Assembly: GCF_001194135.2 (NCBI RefSeq)
Contig: NC_068987.1
Coordinates: 13,697,222 to 13,761,221 of the forward strand
Length of the DNA stretch: 64,000 bases
Source: Octopus bimaculoides
Taxonomy: Eukaryota
Direction: 5' to 3'
A model generated the notes under the pieces. That model searched no databases. It worked only from the letters and a program-made list of their open reading frames with translations, and had not been told where the DNA came from. Shown here piece after piece: positions 50,276-62,900 of this stretch (position 1 is its first letter; every line of letters begins with the position of its first letter). Made by a program: the position numbers and the translations under genes.

Positions 50276-50944
50276 TCCTAGGTGATGAAGAACGACCAAG
50301 GAAAGGTTTGGAAACAAAACCACGATTCAAATATAGTTCATGTTTAAGAAAATACAACTGCACCCTCACATCTCTGCATAATAAGAACCAAGGCAGAAAA
50401 ATCATCATAAATCTAACAAATAAAAGAGCTTATGTATCTTTAGTAATCTATCCCCAAGAGCAAAAGCTCCATTGAACAAAAGCACAAGCAACTAGTACAA
50501 CTCAGTGTAGTTATTTTAGTTACCTAAACTGAATGTCATGAGCCAACAGACCTCTGCTTGGCAGGTAAATGTGACTGCCTCTATTCTGTACTGTTTTGCA
50601 ATGTTGTTCTGTTTCTTTCACAACAATGGTCTCCTCTGTTCTATACAACCTCTACTTTAGACATGGCTCTCACACTCATTTCACCTCACCTTTTTCTTTT
50701 TACATTTTCAAATCCTTCTCTCTTATTGTCTCATAATTGGGTGAATTTCTTCCTCCATAAATATGCATAAACACTCATTTCCCCACACAATCATCATTTT
50801 CTCCATCAAATCAGCCCACAATAATTTAGTATAATGTAATTAATAGATGTACTGAGGAGATTTAATTAAAACTGAAATGACAACTTTCATCTATAAATAT
50901 TAAGGACTTTATAAGCAAATCAAATTAAATATTCATAAAAGCGG

Positions 50945-51115
50945 TGTCCTTCAATTCCAGTCTTCTTTGAAAACATGTCCATCCAAGAGGAAATATTACC
51001 TTACTTGGAAACAGGTGAGGGTTGTGGCAGGAAGGGTATCTGGCTGTAGAAATGAATTCTGTGACTCACTCAGGCATAGAAAAATGGATATTGAAACAAT
51101 GATGATGATGACAAC
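50945..51115 (+). mobile_element. RTE-tail element fragment
   Basis: aatattaccttacttggaaacaggtgagggttgtggcaggaagggtatctggctgtagaaa followed by (GAT)n. Confidence 0.75.
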
Positions 51116-51973
51116 TTCAATTACGATTACAACTACAAGTTTAATATGTTAGTGTACTTTTTTTTTTAATTCTTATTTTATTATTTTTAGGCTATCATTT
51201 TTAGGCTTCTTTCATCTCCAAACAAAACTAGGTACTTATTAAACCTCAAGCTATTTTCTTAGCTCACTCATTCAACCTAATCTTCAGGATCACATTATTA
51301 TATATTCATAGTACACAAATAATGTCTTTATTTAAATGTTTTCAAACATCAATATTTTTGAGATTTTATACTTTTCTTCAAAGGCATGATTTAGTATGTA
51401 CGGAATAGAATATTAAAGAGACAAACATTTCAAAGCATTCACTTAGAAAGAATCTCTTTATCAGTCAGTAAGATAAGAAGTTCTTTCAAACAATTTATGA
51501 AAGAGAAGAACACAGCCAAAGCTATGTACTTTTGTCACATGCATAATCATTATCATCATCATTTTAATGTTTATATTAATTTTTTCTTTTTTATATTGAA
51601 ATAATGTAGACAGTTTGCATCACTTAGCATATGGGAGGTACTGATATCAATGCCCAGATTCTCAAACATAATTTTCTTCCCTCCGAGTGGTTTCACAAAA
51701 GTGACCGATAGAATAAGTACCAGACTTTAAAATAAGTGCTGGAGTCAATTTGATGAACTAAACCTTTCAAGATGGTGCTCCAGCATGGCTGCAGTTCACT
51801 GACTGAAACAAGTGTAAGATAAAAAGACATTGCATCACCCCATACTTCTCAATCCTTTGTCAACTCATTTGGGAGGAACTGCTCTAATCATTTCTTCCAA
51901 GTTCATCTAGATATATACCTGTACCTAAAATGTAAGAACCACTATAGGATTGTGGCAATTTTCTTCATTTTCA

Positions 51974-52172
51974 GTGACCTGGCAGAAACGTTAGCACACT
52001 GGGTGAAATGCTTAACGGTATTTCGTCTGTTTTTATTTTCTGAGTTCAAACTCCACCATGGTCGACTTTGCCTTTTGTCCTTTCAGGGTTGATAAGTACC
52101 AGTTGTGTACTGGGTCGATCTAATTGACTGGGCCCCCTCCCCCAAAATTTCGGGCCTTGTGCCTAGAGTAGA
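51974..52172 (+). mobile_element. Meta-domain-type SINE, full length and relatively young
   Basis: gtgacctggcagaaacgttagcac...gagttcaaactcc...gtcgactttgccttttgtcctttcaggg...ggccttgtgcctag. Confidence 0.85.
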
Positions 52173-52387
52173 AAAGAATTTTCTTCATTTTCTATCCTAG
52201 CATCTAACATCCATCTTACATTCTCAAACCAGCACTACCACTAATCCATCATCTCCAGTTACTTGTGCAAAGATTTTCATTTAATGTAACAGCATCCAAA
52301 GACGCATCTGAAACATATCATCCCACCCTCTTTTATTTTTATGAAGCAGGGAGCTAAAAACAAAGGAAACATAGCACAGTATACATT

Positions 52388-52505
52388 GGAGAGCTGGCAG
52401 AATCGTTAGCATGCCAGGCAAAATGCTTATTGGTATTTCATCCATCTTTATGTTCTGAGTTCAAATTCTGTCAAGGCCAACTTCACCTTTCATCCTTTCG
52501 GAAAT
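52388..52505 (+). mobile_element. Meta-domain-type SINE 5' part
   Basis: ggagagctggcagaatcgttagcatgccaggcaaaatgctt...gagttcaaattc...cttttcatcctttcgg. Confidence 0.8.
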
Positions 52506-53670
52506 CATTTAATGCAAAACACAAATCAAGACCAAGAACAAAGAGATGTGAAGTTGTTAGCTTTCCTCTCCAACAGATATCATTCAAAATATTTCAATAG
52601 AAAAAGTACTAAATGATTCCAAAATTTGGAACAAGAAGTCCAGTTTGTCTTAAAGTCTACAAGAGTTATAAATTCCTTATATCTAGCCTCTCACTAAAAA
52701 TCAATACATTACAAAATGTGTGCTTAATGTATATCTGGATACTGTCATGTTTGAGATACATTTCCCTCTCTTATTTTAAAGAGAGAGAAAAAATTAAACT
52801 GAACAACTAGCTACTATTTGAATTGATTTAACATATTATTGTCTGCAGTTATCTATTAAGAGTAAATATCAAGAAATTTCTTATAATAGTTTAATTGAGT
52901 AACACAAAGAGTTACATTTGACTAACAGTTTTGACAGCTAAATATTAAATTTCTCCACTTGAAACAGAAGAAAACACAGACAAATGAAAGAAGGTGGAAA
53001 TTACATCTTAGGAGTAATATGGAAATGCCTTTTGAACTCAGAAAAGCTTTTATGGAGCAGTCTTTAGTTTCTAGGATACCAGTGTGTTTCAGGTTATGAG
53101 GAAAAACCTTTGGAAATTAATGAATAGAATTTGATGGACTGCCACTCAAGAATTCAATTCTGGAAGCAGACTCTCTGAAGGTACACAATATGATAGACAC
53201 AAAATTAAATGAAGCCTACATTAGCTACATGCTAGACTAGGGCACACTTGTTACATCTGATTGGTGAATCACACATTCCATCACATGGCTCTGATCAAGA
53301 AAAGTTGACTAGGGATGTACATGAAAAACTAGATGATACTCAATAAAGTTACTCAAAAAAATTGATAAATATTTTTTTTTTTAATTCATGGAATCTGTAA
53401 AGCTATCTAGAATAAGATAACTGTGAATTATTATTCATGAAATATTTGCAACTTCCTATTGTTATAATTTAAAGGTTGGAAGAATGTTTGTAGATTTCCA
53501 GTGTATAAAGAAAGGTGTTGTGAAAGTTTAATAATGATAAAATAGGTGGTCTTCTTCAGGAATTTACTCAGAGCTACTATTACATGACCTCTTTTAATCC
53601 AGCAAGGATTTAGAGGTCAAAGATACAAGAAAATTGGTGGTGTATCAGTATATATTTACACACACAATAT

Positions 53671-53845
53671 ATCATCATCATCATCGTTTAACGTCCGCTT
53701 TCCATGCTAGCATGGGTTTTACGATTTGACTGAGGACTGGCAAGCCAGAAGGCTGCACAAGGCTCCAATCTGATCTGGCAGAGTTTCTACAGCTGGATGC
53801 CCTTCCTTACGCCAACCACTCCAAGAGTGTAGTGGGTGCTTATGC
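53671..53845 (-). mobile_element. Young RTE-tail 3' end
   Basis: (CAT)n-cgtttaacgtccgctttccatgctagcatggg...ggatgcccttccttacgccaaccactcc. Confidence 0.85.
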
Positions 53846-56800
53846 ACATCCAGAACAGCAAATGAAGCGGCTGGTTTGGAAATATATTACTTAGTTATTA
53901 CTGTATACATAGTTACAATTATAAATCAACAGCATTTGCTTTGCAAACATTTCTCCATGTTATGTTTTCAGTATTGTTTCTTAAGACATCACCGCTTTTA
54001 ATTAATTCTTCTGTAGTACCAAACTCTCTTAACTGTCTTTCTTACATCTTGCAAAATAACAAAAATTAAAATTTTGGCACAATTGCTTTGGCTAAGATTA
54101 ACTACTACAATGCATATGTCATCCATCGTTAATAAAAGTCCAAACTTCTGTGTACAGTAATGAAAGCAACAGATTAATTTTTGATATTACATATTCAACA
54201 GGTGAGATTTCGAGCATTCCTTTCTAGTGTGTAAGATATTCCCTGTTTATTGCCCAGATTTTATTGCTATACATTTATGACATTTCTGCTAAATACCTTT
54301 ACATTCAAAACTGAGCTTGAATAGCTTTCCTGTCAACACAAACAGCAGTTTCTTAAACTTCAAATTACTTAAAATACTTGATACACATACATTACTTCAG
54401 CTTCTAATACTGACTGGCTTTCTAAGATAGATAAAATACTTGGCTATTTCAGATGAAACTTCAAGATAAGCCAGAGTTTTTTTTGCATTTTCGATAGTAG
54501 GGATGCAGTTATTACGTCAAATTGTAAATCTACTATCACACAGCATAATCTTGTTTTATATGTGTAATCTTGCTTTATAATCTATATTACATTGAGCCCT
54601 TGCATAATAGCCCATATATTGTCTAGGTTACGTAAGATACATGCTTTATATCAATTTTTAATGTTCTGAAGATCTTTTTCCACAATTTGCAAAAGAACCC
54701 AACATATTTATACCAAAACTCTAACATTCTCCAGGACTGAAATTTGTCACTAATGCTTGAAGAGTTGAAAGTAAGATGACAGGTCAAGAGAAATTAACGA
54801 AGAAACCTTCAAGGATGCACATACAAAAATGACTGAATTTTTAACTGTCTCACAGATAATTAACTGCTATCAGAAACATGTAACCAACATCTTAGCTATT
54901 AATCCTAATACGGTGCATGCCAAATGCACAAGGGTCTGTTATGTCATCCAAAGAATTCTTGAATAATATGGTTAATTAACTAAGCAATTACTTAAAATCT
55001 CTTAGCATTTCAGCGACCACCATCAAAAAAGTGTCGAGTTTTTGCAACAGAGTCAGTCATTTTATTTCAAAATTTATTCTTTTTCTCACTCACTGAGATT
55101 ACATTTGTTTAAAAAACAGGGTGTAATCTTAAAGTGTATGAAAAAGAGAGGAGGAGGAGGAGGAGAGAAAGAATGCCTAAGTGAGTGAGACTAAGTATAT
55201 TAGAATTTTCTTTGAAGTTTCAAGGAAAAATACAAAAGGGAGAAGTCAATTCAGTTTGACTTGCATGTTCCAAAATAAATACAACTTGTTTTCTTTGAAT
55301 GAATTCCAATTACTGTAGTATATCTGTCATGAAAAACAGTGAGCAGCAAAATGGCTCATGCACACACACACACACGTTTTTACGTAAACAATACACAAAT
55401 TGAACAATGTTTTTGGACCATGTCATTGCAGTGAATATGCTGAGCCAAAAGTTATTGCAGTGAATATATAGAAGCAACATCAGTTGTAATCTCATTGGAA
55501 ATATAAATTGAAACAACAGCTTAATCTCTCAGTTCTCTTCATAAAACAATAAAAAAAATTACTTATCAATAAAGGCCATAATTCTTAAAACATTTATAAA
55601 TTCACAAAACTGTGAGTAGCACCATATGCTTTATAAACAATATTATAAAATCAACTAGTCCTGTTATGAGTATAGAAAAGAATTTTCTAACAAGTTACTA
55701 TATGCTAATTTCATAAAGACCCATTCCTACAGCCCACTTTTTCTTCTTTATATTACAATATCTCAATGCATCAGGGTTAATTGTTTTCATTTTACATTCA
55801 TTTTTTCCTATTCATGTGGATTAGACAAAATTTACATATTATGGAGGCACTGTTTTACAACTGGGTACCTTCCTGTCACAAACCCTTGTTTTTCAAGTAA
55901 AGTTTTCATTTCACTTGTCTTCATAAGTACAGGGTTACAACATGATTTGTTGACAGGGAAATGTTAACAAACATCACTGTCTTTAACTCAGCAATTTTCA
56001 TGCAAAGTGTAACCATTCACACACACAATATCTTTGTACAGTTTCCATCAACCAAATTCACTCCCAAAACAAATTATCACCTTATAACCAGGGAACAGAG
56101 GAGATCAAATGTGACTATCATATTTAATAACTCAGAATTTAACACAAAAGTCAATAATATAATTTCTGAGTGTATTTTCAGAAGAACTTACTATTTACCT
56201 AAAACAATATCAACTTATTTGAGCTTATTTATAAAGCTTTGTTCCAGGTTGTATTTGCTTGGCAAATGACTTGATCTGAGACGGATGTTATAATCGAAAC
56301 AATTACATCATGTCAAGGGTCAAGATAGCCATATAAAATGCACTGAACCATAGCTTTCATTTTTGTTTTATTTCTTGGTGGTCTTGCATACTATCAATAA
56401 CTGCCAAAAGGTTTTGTTGTAAACGCACTGGAATTGTGTCAGTCATCAGGTTGTAGATCGACACCAAAACATTTTTAGCACTTTATAATATACAGCACGA
56501 GCAAGAGTCCAAAAGTGAATGTAACAGCATATGTGCATGTATTTCAAATAGCCATCTTGGGCTCTTCCCCAGTGTAATTGGCAAAGCTTTATGTCTCTAA
56601 TCACATCCAACACAATGCAAATATTTACTGATAGCATTTATATTGTGGATATTGCAATTTAGGTCTTTCAAAAATTAAATCTTTGATGCCAGATGATCCT
56701 AATATTATATTTTAAAACATTTGCAATCATTTTACTGCTGCCAGTATACACTTAAAATGAAAAGATTAAGACACAATGGAGTCCATTGCCTATTGTAATT

Positions 56801-57605
56801 AATATTCTAAAATATTTCTTAGCATATGAAATGTGATCATTCTCAAGACACACATTTAAGATAACGCAAACAACAATAAAGGGTTAATATTTAAAAACCT
56901 GCTGAAATTTTCAGTGGCTTCAATTAAACCTCACAATCTTTCAATGGAATAATTTCTGGAATTTTGTTTTAATCATTTTGTTAAAGACAAATAATTAGCA
57001 ATTACAATAATTTAATTTTTCAGATCTTATTAAATTGTTTTTTTGCTTTGTTTTGTTTTCCAAAATGCATTAAAAAAATTACTTCAAATGTGTACCAAAA
57101 AATTCCATTTAGAAAATCCAAGTTTAATATCAAGGTCAAATCTGGAGATGAAATGTTCCCAGATTAAATTTTGATCAGCATGTCAATCAAGTGCAGTAAA
57201 AGAGTGATTCTTATGTTCTTCAGCAAACAAAGTAAGATCTGTACTTCACTGAAAAGCTCTAATAAGACTTGAACACATCTAGGGTTATCTCCCATATTTA
57301 TTGAAATACTCAAATATTGAGTATTTATTAATATAAAAAAATATTAAGCCAGTTTGTCACTGGCTTAATATTTTTTTTCCATAGCTTTTTGGGTTTTTTT
57401 TTTTTCCTAGATGGCATTTTTTGTATGTTCCCTCATTAACTATGTGAACATGACTACTCAAAGATGTGGATTCTCATCCATCACTTACTCAATAAAATTA
57501 AAATACCACAAATCAAAGTATCTGATAAGACAATGTATCATCTTTCCACTTATGAATCTTAAATGCACTCTTGCACTGGAAATGAAATATTTAACATAGA
57601 ACCCT

Positions 57606-58755
57606 TGAGGTCTGTCCAAAAAGACACTGAACTTTTAAAACTGCTGTGTATGGGCGATTTTAAACTTCAGTCTAATTAATAATAGCCACATTATGCTATG
57701 TCAGTTAGTGGCTAATCTACCTGTGCTACAGCCAATCTATGTTTAGTGTACTTGGTAATTTTTCACAAATAATGAAGGATTCCAAAGAGCAAAATGCTTG
57801 CACAAAAATTCTTGCTTCAAATTGGGAAAAACTTTTAAAGATATGTTTTTAACATTGCAACAGGCCTATGGGGTAGATTATTTCAGCTGTAAGCAATGCT
57901 ACAAATGGTACAAGTATTTCAAATTGGCAAGAACATCCACCAAAGGTGATCACAAATCTAGACAACCATCTATAACACAGGACAATGATCAGTCACACTG
58001 CTGACATGCATACTTTAATCCAAGAAAATTGTTGCATGAATTGTCTGTGAAGTTTCTAAGATTGGCATCTGTAAAAGTAAATACCAAATGATTTTAAAAG
58101 ATAAACTGACAATGCAACAGGTTATGTTAAATATGTACTGCATCTAATAACAGGCGATGTGAAAGAGAATCAGATTGCATTTAATTGGGAGTGTTTGATA
58201 GTTTGAATGTTGATGGAAACTTTTTGTACTGTGTCATAACAAGTGAGGCAGCATTGATCTGTGATTATGATATTGAAACAAAGAAGCAGTCACCCCTATG
58301 GATTTGGATCGTCATGGCTGTAACTGAAATATAATTAATTAGAATAGTGTTGTTCATAACAAGTGTGTTCCATGTCCTGACATATTTGAGAGAAGCAGCA
58401 TAAAGAGGCCAGAGGCTAGGACAAATGAAACCTGGATGCTACACCAGTGAAAACACACCTACTCTGTGTTATTCTTTATCCATGATTCTTTTTTTTACCC
58501 CATCGCCCAGATTTGGTCCCTGTGGATTTGTTTTTATTCCCAGAGTTCAAATCCAACCTGAAAAATCACCAATTTCAAATTCACTATAAGAAGTGCACAC
58601 TACTTCTGAAAACACTTTCTAGGATATACTCCCAAACTAGAAAAATACATTGGGAATTTGTATCAACAATAGAAGGAACTATTCAGGAAATAAGTGATTA
58701 AATTGTAAATAAAGCAATAAAATTTGTCTTCCAGTTTCTTTTTGAACAGACCTCA
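57606..58755 (+). mobile_element. Decayed mariner (Tc1/mariner) DNA transposon with a transposase pseudogene
   Basis: 24-bp TIRs (22/24: tgaggtctgtccaaaaagacactg vs tgaggtctgttcaaaaagaaactg) and TA on the right flank. Translations CFKLGKTFKDMFLTLQQAYG...CYKWYKYFK...RQPS (HTH region), CVITSE...YDIETKKQS (cf. ITGDETW...YDPETK.QS) and VPVDLFLFPEFK (cf. SPDLAP.DFFLFP.LK). Confidence 0.9.
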
Positions 58756-61561
58756 TATCAGTAAGTAAAAACTGTTATTTTCAAAAGAAGTAGGTATTAT
58801 ATTTCTAATTTAAAACACTACAGCTGACAGTCTCAGCTGAACTACAATAGCCATTTCAATATTTTGTCTTTATATGACATAGAAACCATTCACCCAAAAA
58901 TAATCTTAAGTGACTAAAATAAAATTTTTAAAATGCTAAACAATGTTAAAGTGTTAATTAATGACCTCAATTTTTATATTAATAATCTGACAAAGCAATA
59001 ATACAAAAGATACTATGAAGCTCAGGTTATAAAAAAAACATTAGCTAATATCTTTGCTTTTCAGTAACAAAATGAATTCCTTTGACTGATCTTAATACTG
59101 AAGAAATATCAATGACCATCAGCTACAGAAATTTATCATGGATAATTCTGACTAGCTGTAGCTAAATTTTACCTTACTTTTCTCCAGTGCCAATCAAGTA
59201 AATACCAGCAATTCACTGAGGTCATTTTAATCAGCCCCACTGTCTACCCTAAAAATATGTGGTTTTGTAAGAAATCAAAATTTTATGGGAGGAGAGTTCA
59301 TATTTGAGGAAATTAAAAAAAAAAGAGCTTTTTCACTTGCTCTTATACTCGTTTTAATGCAAATTTACACCTTGCATATTACCTTTATCCTCTTTTATAA
59401 ACTTCATCATTTCACATACTCAAAGCTGCCAACCAGTTTGGAAGCTCACCCAGGGTGCATTTGTTATTTTGAATTTACATTGAATTGAAAATATATGAGA
59501 TAGTCTATAAAAACCTCTCTGGATTTTATTCCTTCACCATCCACAATTCTATATCAAACAGTACCAGAGACATATACATCTTGCTTTCCATGCCAATAAA
59601 AATGCCATCTTTACCACTCATTCAAATCTTCTCTCTACATTTAAGCTATAAACTGTTATTTCTTTCTTTACCAAAACTGACAACCAGGCTTGGTTTTGGA
59701 AAGCTGTCCTCTGCAGATATATTACAGTATTTGGTTTATCTGAAAAGTCCAATGCTTCTTTTGCACGTTAATTGCAAAGAGCTGATATAATCCTAATACA
59801 ACGATGTACCACCACAACCCATCATTATAATCAGTTTATTATTCATTTTTCAACACTAGGTAGGTAAAGCAGGTTTGATTAACTTGCTTCCATCTGACCC
59901 TTCTTGTGTTACTTCATCTAGGAGACTAAGTCCTAATTTAAGCTAAATCTTATTACTGCACTTGTTACTATCTCAACCACAAGCACATACAACACTTCTT
60001 CACTAAACATGTATTATTCATATGCATTACAAGTCCGTAATAACTATAATTGTGTCTTCTGTATTCACAGTTAACTTTCTCAGCACTCTAGTATTCTGTC
60101 TGTATATCTCAAGTATATCCAACAAATCAGTCTTACTTCATTCTCTGCCTTTCTTACAGAAGGCATCCTTTCTGCACTAACTGTGTTTCACTAGCTTGCG
60201 ATATCACATTTCAAACAAGCGCATCATATTGATTACCTTCCATGTGGACAGAGAATCCAAGTGTCACCAAAACAGCCAGTTAATTCTCTATAGTTCTTCC
60301 ATTTAGTCTACAGACTCAACGCTATACTAATTAGGTTTCTTAATACAACTACTACTTTCAGCAATGCACTAGAGCAAACCAAAGCCTTTTAGTATAAGCA
60401 AATAATAATAATCCTTCTTTAGTTAAGATATTATATAAAAAGTCTAGAGTTTCCTTATTGACGTATATTATATAAATTATATGATACCTAAAGTTTTGCT
60501 TAGATTGATTTCATAAGTGTCCTTTTTGTATCAATTATTGCTTTGTCTTTCTTAATCAAGATACAAGAGAATTTTGTCCTACTGAAAATACTAGCTGATG
60601 ATCATTTTAAGAAAATTAAATGATGATGATTCAAGATTTTAATTACTAAGTGATTTATATTTTTAACCACATTTCCAATAACCCTTATACAAATGTTGTT
60701 GAATAAATAGATTGGCTTATGACAGAAATAGATTTAAATTAGTATATCTCTCAGAGGTAAAAGTATGTAACCTATTGAACAACATATTACAAATGGATGG
60801 ATTATATTACTTTGAGTAAATACCAAAAGTAGTAGAACTGGTTATGTGATGATTGTTCAGTATTTGGTTTGTAAAACAGCGAATTTTCCATGTTTTTTCA
60901 TAAGACACAATTTTTAAAGAAACAAAATCTCAACAACAGAAATTCTGATTTGAATTATATTCAACAGATCCACAATTCCATTAATATAAATTAGATTTTC
61001 AAATGATTTCAAAAGACAGTTGCAATATTGTAGCTGAAAGCTATATTTTACATAGTGACTTTCTTTCAGGTGTGGGAAATAACACAAATTGATTTCTTTT
61101 GGCTTTTGATTCGTCAAAGGAAATAAGATAAATAACAAATAATATTGTAATAGTGTGGCAATTTGTTTGGGAAATTTGTACTACAAACCTCTAAGTGTAT
61201 AAAGGGGACAAGAACAAAGAATAATTGTTTTCAGAAGAGAAAATACTAATCTTCAAGAGAAGAATTCTCTAAAAACTGTGACATTAAGGATCATAAATTC
61301 TAGGGATATCAACCACAAATTCATTCTCTGTAACTCAAGAGCTTTAGGTCCTTGTGAAATAAAAGAATTCATAACCAAAATATTTTGAAAGCAAACTTCA
61401 GTTATCATTTTATCATGCATTATAAATTAAGGGCAATAAAAAAGACTACATTGTCTTAATTCCTTTTCCTTCTCTCTCTTCTCACTGAGATTTAAATAAT
61501 CACTTTAATTATCTTCATTGCATTGGTTTCACACTAATTTTTTTTTTTGTACTGGCACAGA

Positions 61562-62062
61562 TTGGATAGAATTTTTCGAGACAGTTTTTTCTGGCTAGAT
61601 GCCCTTACTGACTCCAGTAGGACATGCAGGGATACAGCTTACCTATTCTAAAATCTGGGATACACAGGATAATGGTTCACATTTAGAAATGGTTAACCTT
61701 TAGCCTTTAAACCAGCCAGATCTGGCCTCTCAGGACTACCCTCGAATGCCATTCTAAAAATAAACAATCATATCATCAAAATTGCAAAGCTATGAGATAA
61801 TGTATGGTTAATTCAAAACAATTAACTAAATAAGCATTACAATTGACAGAATAATATGAATACTAAAGGGTTAAAGTAAAATCCATTTAGGCAATTATGT
61901 TTTAGTTAATGTATTATATTTAGTTTACAGACCATTTCTAAATGTGAACCATTATCCTGTGTAGCCCAGATTTTAGAATAGGTAAGCTGTATCCTTGCAT
62001 GTCCTACTGGAGTCAGTAAGGGCATCTAGCCATAAAAAACTGTCTTGAAAAATTCCATCCAA
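61562..62062. repeat. Near-perfect inverted duplication: 132-bp arms 61562-61693 and 61931-62062 with a 237-bp loop
   Basis: Hand alignment gives 5 mismatches in 132 bp. An extra 21-bp perfect inverted match links 61445-61465 and 62062-62082. Confidence 0.92.
61697..61870. mobile_element. piggyBac-type MITE, family 2, in the loop of the inverted duplication
   Basis: TTAA-CCTTTAGC...TACTAAAGGG-TTAA. Confidence 0.7.
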
Positions 62063-62754
62063 AGGAATTAAGACAATGTAGTTTAGAAATGAAGATTGAA
62101 AAGTCAAGTTTCATAGACGAAATGGTTCAGTATAAGGAAATATAGTGATATGCTGTTACTCAAACTCATACAGTCCATTCTGGTGCAGAACAACTCAAGT
62201 TAAATTCATGATATTCCAGAGATGATATAAGATCATGCGTCAGGACAAAAACTACTTCAAGTGGTAGAGTCGTATTTACTGTTTGATTCGCTTTAAATTG
62301 TAATAATATATTAGATATCAAAGACTTTTGTTGCATCAGTTACCAGTTCACAGACATATAGAATGCAGATAAGTGTGCCCTAGACTTATATTAGATCCTA
62401 GTAATAAGCATTATTAATCCCTAATTATCGACAAGGTGTCTTAAATGCTTTGCAAATTGCACAATGCAGACTATGCTTTTATCATCAAATTGCACCATTT
62501 CTGTCAACACAGACAGAACAGGCAATGTTATGCACTAGAAACAACAACATACCACGCAGGTTGCACTACCTAGCAAGAGTGATGGACAAACCAATTTGCA
62601 GTATTTCTCTTACAGCTCTTTATGTTCAAATTTCACCTGGAGTTGACCTTACTTTTGACAAAACACACCAGTTGTGTACAAGTTCACTTAACTTATTATG
62701 TATGTATATGTGGCCTTATGTAAAAGCAACAGCAGTAATAGTTGCAGTGTGGAG

Positions 62755-62900
62755 AGAGGGTGAGTTGGCAGAAATAGTTAAATGCCAGGTAAACTATTTA
62801 ACAGTGTTCGAGTTAATCTCCATGCTTTGAGTTCGAATCCAATCAAACCTATCTTCATTTTTTATCCCTTTAGGGTAACTAAAATAAGTAGCATTAATAT
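62755..62900 (+). mobile_element. Meta-domain-type SINE 5' part, decayed
   Basis: ggtgagttggcagaaatagtt...gagttcgaatcc...tttatccctttagggtaactaaaataagtagc. Confidence 0.65.

Noticed and set aside
51974-52060. tRNA genes
   Set aside because: The A/B-box sequences continue into SINE bodies and tails and do not form a complete cloverleaf.
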